DNA of 63,993 nt, counting the filler, from an uncultured bacterium (lineage in GTDB: Bacteria; Hinthialibacterota; Hinthialibacteria; Hinthialibacterales; Hinthialibacteraceae): assembly GCA_964449065.1 (NCBI GenBank). It is 6 parts of 6 records of this genome, joined end to end, with 100 filler letters (N's around TTAATTAATTAA, not from the genome) between each part and the next. Parts side by side here need not be neighbours in the genome. Positions count along the whole stretch, not along the records: positions 32,585 to 43,162 come from CAYVAZ010000177.1; positions 43,263 to 53,825 come from CAYVAZ010000178.1; 4 more parts are not named here. One strand, given 5' to 3'. Both the position numbers and the translations under genes were made by a program. Below the pieces are notes generated by a model. It saw only the letters and a list, made by a program, of their open reading frames with translations. It had not been told where the DNA came from and ran no database searches. Positions 40,011 to 49,289 of this stretch are shown in pieces; positions within the stretch are counted from its first letter, which is position 1, and each line of letters starts with the position of its first letter.

Positions 40011-41954
40011 TTAAGCCTTTGCCGGTGCGGGGGGTGGATCGGTCTCTTGCACTTTCTCGATAATTTTTCGTTGCAACACATCAATAAATATGCTGATAAC
40101 AAAATACAATATGACTCCAGATGCCATCGACCAAAAGATAAATACAAACATCAACGGCATTATCTTCATCATGGTGGCGTTGGGGCCTTCCATTTTATGC
40201 ATGCTCATGCTCCACAGCATCAACAAGCAATAGGCCACCGGCAGAATGTTAATAGGAATAATAAACCCGAATGCCGGGACAAAAAACGCGTAATCCGGCC
40301 GCGATAAATCGCTGATGATTCCGTACAACCCTTCCGCGCCGCGCAACTCAACTGCCATGCCGAACGTCGCGTATAAAGCGATGAAGATCGGAATCGTCGG
40401 CAAGATCGGCAAACAGCCGCCCAGCGGATTTACCTTATTTCTGCGGAACAAATCCATCTGCTCTTTTTGCAATTTCTGAGGATCATCCTTATACTTCTCA
40501 CGGATGGCGTTCATTTGCGGCTGCAAGGCCTGCATCTTCTTCATCTGTACCATCTGCTTTTGATACAGCGGCAGCATCAGCACTTTAATTAACAAAGTAA
40601 GAATGATTATGCTGATACCGTAGTCGGGAACAATGCTGTAGAAAAAGTTTAATAGCCCCAGCATAAAGTACACAATCGGACCCGTAAACGACTTCAAAAA
40701 GATTTGCTGCGCGTCTTCCAGCCCCGCTTCTGCCGTGAGCAGTTCATCCTCATCCATCGGCCCTACATAAAGCCGGAAGGTATCGCTGTACGCAAATTCG
40801 GATATCGTATCGTTCATCTGCATCCGCATACCCATAAAAGGCTTACGGTCCGGAACCGTTCCTTTGGTGGAAGAAACTCCCAAAATAGCACGCTTTGTTG
40901 GGCTGTTGGGGATTAAAGCGGCCAGAAAATACTTTTGTCCCACGCCCACCCAATCAATATTGTCCGGATTCAAGGGCTCATCATGCTTAACAAACGCCGC
41001 CATTCTGTTGTATTCCGGCATTAATTCATTGTATTGACTGCCCAGTGTGCTTTCGACCGATTCCAGCGGCAGAAACATGTGGCTGGCATCGATTTCATAA
41101 TGCGCGCTATTCTGAGAATCCGTACGTAAGGAAGGATTGCCCACGCCGCCAAACCAATTGATATCGTAAACATTTTCATGTTTTTTTCGGTCGAAATGCA
41201 ATACCTCTCCGCTTTGATTGGTGATCCTCAATTCAATATCAACATAATATTTGTTGGGATAGAACGAAAAGATTTTTTCGATCAACATCCCGTTCTGTTC
41301 GCTGGAAAAACGGACATCAACCGGGTCTATGTCATAAACTTTATAAAGTTGCTGATCAGCCGTATAGTCCACACTTTGGTCGGAATTTGTCTTGCCCCAC
41401 CGGACCGCCAATCCGGCATTCCCCGGCGCAAACGCTTGGTTCACCATCTGGATAGGATTTTCGCCGTTTTCTTCCGCGTTTTTATATTCAATAAACTCAT
41501 ACTTCGCGATCTTACTGCGCAGGCCCGTTTCCTGCTCGGCAGCAAGTTTTAAATACCGCGGTTCCGCGTACAGCTCACTGAATTGCTTCAGTTCCCATGA
41601 GAAGGGCACAGCGCCGTGGGTGGTAAATTGAACGCGGTAAAGTTCGCTTTCGACCACAACCGTTTTCGGGGCGGTTTGCGGTTTGCCTTGGGGCAGCCAA
41701 TTCCAGCCGCTTAGTGTAGACTCTTCCTGCTGTTCTTCTTCTTGAACCTCAGTCTTCTCAGTTGGAGCCGGGGCTTGTGTTACAGAAGGATCAAGCGGAG
41801 AGCGGATGCTTTGCGATGAAGGATCTTGGGCTGTTTGTTGCTGATTTTTTATAATTTCCGATTCATCCGGACGGTTGACATAGCTAAACGCGAATACAAC
41901 CATCATCGATAACACAACACATAAAATTAAACGCTGCTCGGTCGTCATGATCAT
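40011..41954 (-). CDS. yidC: Membrane protein insertase YidC
   Basis: YG..II.LT..IK....PL, LQP, NPLGGCLP, ELR, DLS.PD. Confidence 0.93.
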   Translation of the reverse strand: MIMTTEQRLILCVVLSMMVVFAFSYVNRPDESEIIKNQQQTAQDPSSQSIRSPLDPSVTQAPAPTEKTEVQEEEQQEESTLSGWNWLPQGKPQTAPKTVVVESELYRVQFTTHGAVPFSWELKQFSELYAEPRYLKLAAEQETGLRSKIAKYEFIEYKNAEENGENPIQMVNQAFAPGNAGLAVRWGKTNSDQSVDYTADQQLYKVYDIDPVDVRFSSEQNGMLIEKIFSFYPNKYYVDIELRITNQSGEVLHFDRKKHENVYDINWFGGVGNPSLRTDSQNSAHYEIDASHMFLPLESVESTLGSQYNELMPEYNRMAAFVKHDEPLNPDNIDWVGVGQKYFLAALIPNSPTKRAILGVSSTKGTVPDRKPFMGMRMQMNDTISEFAYSDTFRLYVGPMDEDELLTAEAGLEDAQQIFLKSFTGPIVYFMLGLLNFFYSIVPDYGISIIILTLLIKVLMLPLYQKQMVQMKKMQALQPQMNAIREKYKDDPQKLQKEQMDLFRRNKVNPLGGCLPILPTIPIFIALYATFGMAVELRGAEGLYGIISDLSRPDYAFFVPAFGFIIPINILPVAYCLLMLWSMSMHKMEGPNATMMKIMPLMFVFIFWSMASGVILYFVISIFIDVLQRKIIEKVQETDPPPAPAKA

Positions 41955-41990
41955 TCTTTCTAAAAAGTTGTTCGGCTGTTGAAAGAGGTG

Positions 41991-42242
41991 TTACCGGGAA
42001 GAAGAGGGAGGTTCATCAATGCCGCCCGGATGAAACGGGTGGCATTTGCATATCCGTTTGCAAGCCAGCCATCCCCCGCGAATGAGACCGTGAGACTCGA
42101 TCACAGAAGACGTGTAATCCGCGCAACTCGGATAAAACCGGCATACATCACCCAACAATGGCGAAAGAAATCGTTTGTATAGCCGGATACTCCATAACAC
42201 GGAATTCGCTGGCATGTGTAACAACGGGTGCATGTTCAACAT
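41991..42242 (-). CDS. yidD: Membrane protein insertion efficiency factor
   Basis: Y..FLSPLLG..CRFYPSC..Y, RI..CHPFHPGG.D. Confidence 0.92.
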   Translation of the reverse strand: MLNMHPLLHMPANSVLWSIRLYKRFLSPLLGDVCRFYPSCADYTSSVIESHGLIRGGWLACKRICKCHPFHPGGIDEPPSSSR

Positions 42243-42652
42243 CAGAACGTTGCCTGCTTTTCCTGTGGCGCTTGTCGTTGCCTTGAGTGCTCAGTTTGTG
42301 TTTGGCCGTCAATCAGCAATTGCTTTTTTCTAAGATGTTCGGCAATCTCGTCGTACAATGCTTGATAAGAGAGTGTTAGAATTGCCGGTTTTGCTCTGAT
42401 GACCATATCCGTCGGCAAGGCAAATTGATTTTTTTGGCGCCGAAATACCTCTCGTAACAACCGTTTAACCCGGTTTCGTTTTACGGCGTTGCCGATACGG
42501 CGGCTTACGATCAACCCGAGTCTGGAAACAGGAAATTGATTGGGCCGGGCATGAATCGTAACAAATTCGGATCCGGTAGACTTGGTTTGTAAAATGGCAT
42601 GAAACTCAGCCTTGGTTCGGATCCGGTTTTCTGGCCGAAAACGGTTATCCAC
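42242..42652 (-). CDS. rnpA: Ribonuclease P protein component
   Basis: RLG..VSRRIGNAVKRNRVKR.LRE. Confidence 0.93.
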   Translation of the reverse strand: MDNRFRPENRIRTKAEFHAILQTKSTGSEFVTIHARPNQFPVSRLGLIVSRRIGNAVKRNRVKRLLREVFRRQKNQFALPTDMVIRAKPAILTLSYQALYDEIAEHLRKKQLLIDGQTQTEHSRQRQAPQEKQATF

Positions 42653-42721
42653 CGGATTTCACTTCTACTACTCTATATGGAATAAATCCAGTTCACAAGG
42701 CACTGGATTATCTGCGCTCTA

Positions 42722-42874
42722 TTATCTGCGCTTTGTATCAGAAACGGTCAATTTATGACGGCCTTTTTGGCGCCGGCGCTTAATGACCAGTTTTCCCCCA
42801 TGTGATTTCATACGGCTGCGAAACCCATGTGTCCTTACACGCTTGATTTTACTTGGCTGATATGTCCGTTTCAT
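42722..42874 (-). CDS. rpmH: 50S ribosomal protein L34 (missing from the ORF track)
   Basis: Manual translation [50 protein letters not shown]. Confidence 0.95.
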   Translation of the reverse strand: MKRTYQPSKIKRVRTHGFRSRMKSHGGKLVIKRRRQKGRHKLTVSDTKRR

Positions 42875-43043
42875 AATCGCATCTACCTAGTTCAAGATAA
42901 AACAAAAAAGCATACAAGCCCCATGATGACAGTCAAGTGGCCGCACTTGCATTTCGCGCTCTAATTTAAGGGAAACTAGAAATTAACTCTTGGAAATCGC
43001 CCGCTCAATTCCTTTTTGAACCGACTCAAATACTTTATCTTCA

Positions 43044-43162
43044 TAACTGATGTTACGCAACTGATGATCTAATATTGCTAAAAAAGTGGTTTGTTAAAGA
43101 CCCAATTTTCTAAATCAAACGCAGTGTCTATCGTCTTCTCCCTTTGGGAGAAGATAAGAGAT
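43044..43162. mobile_element. MITE family A, left half
   Basis: TAACTGATGTTACGCA terminal repeat plus REP hairpin at contig end. Confidence 0.7.
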
Positions 43163-43262
43163 NNNNNNNNNNNNNNNNNNNNNNNNNNNNNNNNNNNNNN
43201 NNNNNNTTAATTAATTAANNNNNNNNNNNNNNNNNNNNNNNNNNNNNNNNNNNNNNNNNNNN
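43163..43262. other. Artificial contig linker
   Basis: N44-TTAATTAATTAA-N44. Confidence 0.98.
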
Positions 43263-43930
43263 GCTCCGGTAAAGGCGCCGCGTTCGTGGCCGAAGAGTTC
43301 GCTTTCCAACAAGTTTTCCGAAAAAGCAGCGCAGTGAATCGGCAAGAAGAGATGATCTTTTCTGGGGCTTAGGTTATGGATAGCGCGCGCGACCAGTTCT
43401 TTTCCCGTTCCGGTTTCGCCGGTAATTAAGACGGTGGCTTTGGAGGGCGCGATTTGTTTGATTTGATCAATCAGGCGGCGAATGGGGGGGCTGTCTCCAA
43501 CAATGCCTTCAAAGCCTTCGGTGGATTTGTTCTTTTCGCGGTGGTACTCCACTTCCATGACAATCTTACGCATGTTGAGGAGTTTTTCGACTTGTACATC
43601 CAGTTCATCGAGATTGACCGGTTTGGTCAGGTAATCGTCGGCACCCCGTTTAACCGCTTCAACGGCTTTTTCAATGGAGCCATAGGCGGTCAGTATCAGT
43701 ACATTTAACGAAGGGTCTTCTTGTTTGGCTTCTTTCAGAAGTTCCATGCCGTCCATTTCGGGCATGCGGATATCGGTGATGAGGATATCGTAGGTTTGCT
43801 CTTTGATTTTTTCTAAGGCTTCCTTGCCGTTTTCGGCGGTATCGACTTTGCGCTTGGCGGCATCCAGCGCGATTTGCAAGCCTTCGCGGGCATTTTTTTC
43901 ATCATCGACAACCAAAATACGGAATACCAT
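43263..43930 (-). CDS. NtrC-family sigma54 response regulator (cut by contig end)
   Basis: Receiver domain, [22 protein letters not shown]. Confidence 0.88.
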
Positions 43931-44397
43931 ATTGCTTTCCTTACTCTTCTTATTGCATTCTAGGTAATGTTACACAGGGATTTAGAATTCCAAAGCGTAT
44001 AGGCACGTTTGCGGTTCAAACGACGCCATTGCGCGTACGGCAATTTCGAACACGGCAGGAACTCTCCGAGAAAATTGTTTCGCGCCGGCACAGATTCTTC
44101 CGGCAGGCTGCCGGACAGGTGGGAAGTGCGTGATTGCTCGTTGCACTTCCGTATTTGCTATCGTGAATACCAAAACACGTTCGGATTGAATCACACAGTG
44201 TTTCCGGCCTGGCGGGAGTCTCTCTCCCATGGCTGCGGTGCTTCCGGCTCGGCGGGAGCCTCACCCTCCAAAGGCTGCGCTTGCTAAAGTGCGCATTCAT
44301 TTACCGGCTGAAAACCAATGAAACCTCCTGAATCAGAGGAATAAGAGCCGCTGAAAATAGGATTATTTTTTGAAATCTTCAAAATATTTCTAAATAT

Positions 44398-44425
44398 TTG
44401 TATTTACCGAACGTTTGGTTATAAT
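44398..44425 (+). promoter_or_regulatory. tetR promoter overlapping its operator
   Basis: TTGTAT-16 bp-TATAAT with TTACCGAACGTTTGGTTA (44404-44421) between the hexamers. Confidence 0.7.
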
Positions 44426-44452
44426 AAAAGTAAATCGAGATGGAAAAAGATT

Positions 44453-45013
44453 ATGAGAACCAGCACCGTTGATGATAAACAACTCTTGGACCGCCTGGCA
44501 GAGGTATTTCGAAAACATGGATACGAAGGTGCCACATTGCGTCTGCTTGCGGAATCTTCCGGTCTTGAAAAAGCCAGCCTCTACCACCGCTTTCCTAAAG
44601 GGAAAGAAGAAATGGCAGCGGCTGTGCTTGAACATGTTGGAGAGTGGTTTGCGGCACAAGTATTAGCCCCCTTAAAACAAGAGGGAGATGTAAAGAAGAA
44701 AATCAATCTCATGTGTAAGAAGATCAATGAGTTTTATGAAAACGGCAATAAATCTTGTTTATTGGATACTCTTTCTATCGCCATCCATGATACGCCGTTT
44801 CAACCATTGATCCAACGTTTATTGAATGAATGGATAAACACGATAAAACAAGTGTGTATGGAAGCGGGATTCAAACCGGAAATAGCGGAAAAGCGGGCTA
44901 TTGAAGCGGTTTCTTCGATTCAAGGCAGTTTAGTGCTTGCGCGCATCTTTGGAGACACGACGCAATTTCGACGCGTACTCAGACGGCTTCCTAAGGAACT
45001 TATAGCGAAGTAA
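44453..45013 (+). CDS. TetR/AcrR-family repressor (NemR/LmrA-like)
   Basis: F...GY..ATL..LA..SGL.KASLYH.FP.GKE. Confidence 0.9.
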   Translation: MRTSTVDDKQLLDRLAEVFRKHGYEGATLRLLAESSGLEKASLYHRFPKGKEEMAAAVLEHVGEWFAAQVLAPLKQEGDVKKKINLMCKKINEFYENGNKSCLLDTLSIAIHDTPFQPLIQRLLNEWINTIKQVCMEAGFKPEIAEKRAIEAVSSIQGSLVLARIFGDTTQFRRVLRRLPKELIAK

Positions 45014-45032
45014 ATTTTTTTGAGACCAGATA

Positions 45033-45050
45033 TTACCGAATGTTCGGTAA
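45033..45050. promoter_or_regulatory. TetR operator palindrome
   Basis: TTACCGAA-TG-TTCGGTAA perfect inverted repeat; matches the site upstream of tetR. Confidence 0.8.
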
Positions 45051-45076
45051 ATATAACATAATAAAGGAGACATACC

Positions 45077-45451
45077 ATGAAAGCAGCTATCATCATTCTA
45101 TCCGACCCAAAAGCAGGAACCGAAGAAGCGCTCGGACGTTTGTACAATGCACTCGCCACAGCATACGATTTTAAGGCTCGCGGCAAAGAAGTTGCCATTT
45201 TGTTTCAAGGTACAGGAACACGTTGGATTGGTGCTCTCAACGATGCCGGTCATCCAGCTCATGATTTGTTTGAACAACTGAAAGACAAAGTTTTGGGTGT
45301 ATCTTGTGGTTGTGCGGATGTATTTGGAGCAACAGAGGATGTAAAAAAATCTGGATTTGACTTGATTCAGGATAATCTAGTTCCTGGAACAACCGGGTTA
45401 CCGAGTTTAGCAACATTGCTTGAGGAAGGTTTCACGATTCTGACGTTTTAA
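45077..45451 (+). CDS. DsrE-like small protein
   Basis: GR.YNAL, FQG.GTRW, SCGCA..FG; strong AAGGAG RBS. Confidence 0.7.
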   Translation: MKAAIIILSDPKAGTEEALGRLYNALATAYDFKARGKEVAILFQGTGTRWIGALNDAGHPAHDLFEQLKDKVLGVSCGCADVFGATEDVKKSGFDLIQDNLVPGTTGLPSLATLLEEGFTILTF

Positions 45452-45493
45452 CATAGCTTATTTCATTGTGCCGTTTAGAGAGCCAACGTTTCT

Positions 45494-45525
45494 CCGGGCT
45501 GAAAACTCGTATGTTTTCAGCCCGG
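45494..45525. other. Perfect 13-bp intergenic hairpin
   Basis: CCGGGCTGAAAAC-TCGTAT-GTTTTCAGCCCGG. Confidence 0.6.
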
Positions 45526-45561
45526 GAAATAAGCGGTAAAAAGAACATCCAGGAAAAAATC

Positions 45562-46482
45562 ATGAACGAACTTTTTGAATATCACAACGGCGAAATCGAG
45601 GTGCAAAAACGTACCGGTGAAGAAGCGATTGCACGTCGAAATGGCAGAGTCATTCAACATGGAGTCATACCCAAAGCGATACCATTTATTCAAGATCAAA
45701 CCATGTTAGTTCTTGCCAGTATAGATACTCAAAAACAACCCTGGGTATCTATCCTTTTCGGTGAACCGGGTTTCATCAACGCAAACGAAACTCAAATAAC
45801 CATTAACCTTAACAAAACAGTTAATAATTCGTCAGACATTTTCTGGCAAAACATGGAATCACAAAAACAGGTTGGATTGCTTGTCATTGAATTTTCATCC
45901 AGAAGACGTATGCGGGCAAATGGATTCTTTAGCCATACAGATAAAAATCACATCGTTATTCATGTAGATTATTCATATCCAAATTGTCCCAAATACATTC
46001 AACGACGACAGCTTCGTTTCTCTCAAGAAGTGTTAGAACATATTCCAAAACAAGTTCAGGTTGGATCTAAATTGGAAGAATCTCTGTTGTCCATTATCAC
46101 TTCAGCGGATACCATGTTTGTTGGAAGTCTTCACCCAAACGCAGGGGTTGATGCTTCTCACCGTGGAGGCAAACAGGGTTTCATGAAAGTGATGGATGAA
46201 AAAACCATTCGTATTCCAGATTATTCAGGGAATAGCATGTATAACACCTTAGGGAACTTCGTTACCAATCCTGTTGCTGGAATTACGATTCCTGATTTTA
46301 CTACAGGAGCCTGCCTGCAATTGACGGGAAAGGTTCAAATCCATTGGGACTTACCAGAAGAAGAACTGTCTAAGGCAGGCACAAACCGGTACTGGGATTT
46401 TTTTGTTGAACAGTGGAAACTAACTCAAGACGCAACCCCCCAAAAGTGGGAATACTTAGATGAATCGCCTTTTAATCCTTAA
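45562..46482 (+). CDS. Pyridoxamine 5'-phosphate oxidase-family FMN-binding protein (double domain)
   Basis: H.GE..VQ.R, W.S...G.PGF, RRR.R.NG, NCPKYIQ.R, DASHRGG..GF, PDY.GN..YNTLGN. Confidence 0.85.
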   Translation: MNELFEYHNGEIEVQKRTGEEAIARRNGRVIQHGVIPKAIPFIQDQTMLVLASIDTQKQPWVSILFGEPGFINANETQITINLNKTVNNSSDIFWQNMESQKQVGLLVIEFSSRRRMRANGFFSHTDKNHIVIHVDYSYPNCPKYIQRRQLRFSQEVLEHIPKQVQVGSKLEESLLSIITSADTMFVGSLHPNAGVDASHRGGKQGFMKVMDEKTIRIPDYSGNSMYNTLGNFVTNPVAGITIPDFTTGACLQLTGKVQIHWDLPEEELSKAGTNRYWDFFVEQWKLTQDATPQKWEYLDESPFNP

Positions 46483-46563
46483 ATTTTAAAAATAAAATTC
46501 GTAGGATGTGTGAAGAACCTGTTTTATGCATAACCTTATCAACTATAAAGCGAAGTGTAATCC

Positions 46564-46992
46564 ATGAGCCAAGAATTCGATAATCGAATGATGGAGCGTT
46601 GCATCGAACTTGCGAGGCAAGCCAAATTGAAGCGGAACACTCCGGTTGGAAGCCTAATTACTCTGAATGGTGAAATCATCGCAGAAGCCGAAGAACGGAC
46701 TCCAGCCGGTGATGATATGTTTGCTCATTCTGAAATCGAAGTGGTACGCAGGGCGTGTCAAAATTTAAAAAGCAAGTTGATAGAGAATACAACTCTCTAT
46801 ACCACTGCCGAGCCTTGTTTTCTTTGTTCTTATGCTATACGCAAAACGGGTGTCAGCCGTGTTGTAATTGGGTCGAAAACACCATATATCGGTGGTGCTT
46901 CCTCTAACTATCCAATTCTTAGAGCAACCGATATTGTAATATGGCTCCCTCCACCTGAAATAGTTTTTATCTCACTGCCGTATGAAATTTAA
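46564..46992 (+). CDS. Nucleoside/tRNA-adenosine deaminase-family zinc protein
   Basis: P.G, AHSE (HxE), TLYTT.EPC.LC. Confidence 0.85.
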   Translation: MSQEFDNRMMERCIELARQAKLKRNTPVGSLITLNGEIIAEAEERTPAGDDMFAHSEIEVVRRACQNLKSKLIENTTLYTTAEPCFLCSYAIRKTGVSRVVIGSKTPYIGGASSNYPILRATDIVIWLPPPEIVFISLPYEI

Positions 46993-47128
46993 CTTTTGCC
47001 CTCTTCCAAAAATTTAAAAACGATAGGTTTTGCATAGAAATAAGTGAATTGGCGGCAAATGCAAGCGTGTTTTGTCATAGCAATTTTAGAGCAGAGTTTT
47101 GTTGGAACCACACTCTTTTTGTGAAACT

Positions 47129-47224
47129 TTTGCGTCTCATCTATTCATCACAAACCTCGTTGTGTATCGTAAAACCAAAAATATGAGACACAAACTGCTT
47201 AGCCGCACATACATGAGACACAAA
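47129..47224. repeat. Four 12-bp boxes in mirror symmetry
   Basis: TTTGCGTCTCAT (47129), GTTGTGTATCGT (47159), ATGAGACACAAA (47183 and 47213); spacings 18-12-18. Confidence 0.65.
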
Positions 47225-47378
47225 ACCCTATATAATTTGCTACCAGCCCCTCTGTGCCCCTCTCAGATATCTTGTGCGCATTTCGCTCAAATCGGCAGGG
47301 TAAAACTGTGGAAACCGCCCCCCTCACGATCCCAATATCATTGACTTAATCAAGTTCCTGGCGGTTTTTGTAATAAAT

Positions 47379-47484
47379 TAGAGCGTTTTAGGTTTGCGTA
47401 GACGTTGTGTAGGGGCACCTTGCAATGTGCCCCTACGGCAAGTGCAATATTAACTCTCTGTCTATCCAACCTTGAATTTCTCTA
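47379..47484. mobile_element. MITE family B carrying a GTAG-type REP
   Basis: Ends match 38480-38590 in opposite orientation; internal GTAGGGGCAC-CTTGCAAT-GTGCCCCTAC (47409-47436). Confidence 0.65.
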
Positions 47485-47661
47485 AGGGTTTTACACACCC
47501 CCCCCACTGTGTCTTCCCCAAACTTGGGGGAGAAAAATCTTTGCTTTTTTCAGGCTGATTTTCTTAAGTCAATGACATTGCCCCCGATCCTGGTTGAATC
47601 TGAGCCTTTTTTAGTATAAACGCATTCATGCTGTTTTCCTCCTGCCCTACTTCTATCCATA

Positions 47662-48252
47662 TTACCCGCCCGCGGTAATCGGCACATTGCTGACATCACC
47701 GCCCCAGCGGCCGATATCGCCCGAACTAACCAATCCGTTCGACGGCGCATACATCCGGTTTCTTGCCCCTTGCATATTTCCCTCGGCACTTTGCACATAG
47801 ACCCACTCAATCGCGTTTTGACTCCGGTCCGGTCCCCAACTTGCCAGGGAATAACCTTTTGTGCTTAAATCGGAGCGGCCGATCGCGTTCATCCAATTAC
47901 CCGGTCCCTCGGGTTCAAAAAAATAATTAAAATACAGATAACTTTCCTGATCATTTCCCGTATTCCCCTGCTGGGCTTTAAAAATATCCCGGAAGCCAAC
48001 ACCGGCCAAATAAGCTACCGGCGTTGTTAGACCATACATCCGTACCGTCAAATGCGATTGATTGTTTGGATGCTTGTTCCAATCCAAAAAGTACATATCA
48101 ATCCCGGTCGATATTGCCTTCAAGTCGCCATTGGTACGCGCAATACGAGCACGCGTTTGCGCATTCAAAAAGTTCGGTACGGCAATTGCCGCCAAGATTC
48201 CGATAATGGCTACGACAATCAATAGTTCAATTAATGTGAATCCTTTTTTCAC
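47662..48252 (-). CDS. Prepilin-type N-terminal cleavage/methylation domain protein
   Basis: KKG|FTLIELLIVVAIIGILAAIAVPNF; C-terminal S.GPD and Y.PSNG..S.GDI motifs. Confidence 0.88.
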   Translation of the reverse strand: MKKGFTLIELLIVVAIIGILAAIAVPNFLNAQTRARIARTNGDLKAISTGIDMYFLDWNKHPNNQSHLTVRMYGLTTPVAYLAGVGFRDIFKAQQGNTGNDQESYLYFNYFFEPEGPGNWMNAIGRSDLSTKGYSLASWGPDRSQNAIEWVYVQSAEGNMQGARNRMYAPSNGLVSSGDIGRWGGDVSNVPITAGG

Positions 48253-48427
48253 GTTCGTTTCCCCTTAGTTTGATGTCAATTCTAAAATAGTACCATTCTT
48301 GATGTATTGTATATGAAATGACGGCAAAATAAAGACAATTTTTACCCGGCGGGTGGATGAATTGACGACACAAAACCGGCAGACTCTCCATGAACAACAT
48401 ATGAACAACATATAAAGGAGAGAACCA

Positions 48428-49234
48428 ATGCCCACCATCCCCCCTAATTTAAGACGCTTCAAAATAATCGGCAAAAGCCCTGCAATGCAGCGGGTTTCGA
48501 ATCAGATTTACACCATCGCGCCCTTACCCGATCACGTGCTCATCACCGGCGAACGGGGCACCGGCAAAGAACTGGCCGCCCATGCCATCCACAAACTCAG
48601 CCAATACCGGGGCAATGATATGGTTACCATTGACTGCGCCGCATTGCATCCGTCTACCGCGGAGGCCTCACTCTTTGGGAATGAGCGAGGCGCCTTCACC
48701 GGAGCGGTCAACAAACGCATCGGTTATATAGAATCCGCGGAAGGGGGCACTCTATTTTTGGACGAAATCTCTACGTTACCGTTGGAACTTCAAGTCCGCT
48801 TCTTACGCTTTTTGGAAGAAGGCACCATCACCCGCATCGGCAACACCAAGCCAAAAGAAATTCATGTCAGAGTCATAGCCGCTTCAAATAAAATCTTGCA
48901 GCAAGAAGTTGATCAACACCGCTTTCTTCCCGACTTATACGACCGCCTCAACGTATTCCAAGTCACAATGCCACCCCTGCGAGAGCGGGAACAAGACTGT
49001 CTGCTTTTACTGGAGCACTTTATGGGGAAGTCATTCAACCAACTCACAGACGAGGCCAAAGACTATATCCGCGATTATCCTTTTCCCGGAAATGTCCGTG
49101 AGCTGCGCCATCTTTCCCGCAGGCTGACAGTCTTTTATCCGGACCATGTAATTAAACGAAATGATATCCAATCGCAGTTGGAATATTCTCCTAAGGAAAC
49201 TATTCTTCCAAACAAAGAAAAAAGAGCAAAATGA
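48428..49234 (+). CDS. sigma54 activator AAA+ domain only (no sensory domain, no HTH)
   Basis: GERGTGKE, GAFTGA, FLDEI, FPGNVREL; 268 aa total. Confidence 0.8.
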   Translation: MPTIPPNLRRFKIIGKSPAMQRVSNQIYTIAPLPDHVLITGERGTGKELAAHAIHKLSQYRGNDMVTIDCAALHPSTAEASLFGNERGAFTGAVNKRIGYIESAEGGTLFLDEISTLPLELQVRFLRFLEEGTITRIGNTKPKEIHVRVIAASNKILQQEVDQHRFLPDLYDRLNVFQVTMPPLREREQDCLLLLEHFMGKSFNQLTDEAKDYIRDYPFPGNVRELRHLSRRLTVFYPDHVIKRNDIQSQLEYSPKETILPNKEKRAK

Positions 49235-49289
49235 AGCCGTTCTATCACGCATCATTCCCATTCATCAATTGGAAAGCAGATCATTCGTG

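Noticed and set aside
42640..43044. oriC near rpmH
   Set aside because: The only DnaA-box-like TTATCCAC is the rnpA start codon region; there is no box cluster or dnaA before the MITE and contig end.
47129..47224. Mini CRISPR array
   Set aside because: The repeats are only 12 bp, in both orientations, with 12-18 bp spacers and no cas genes; no CRISPR array was seen anywhere in the window.
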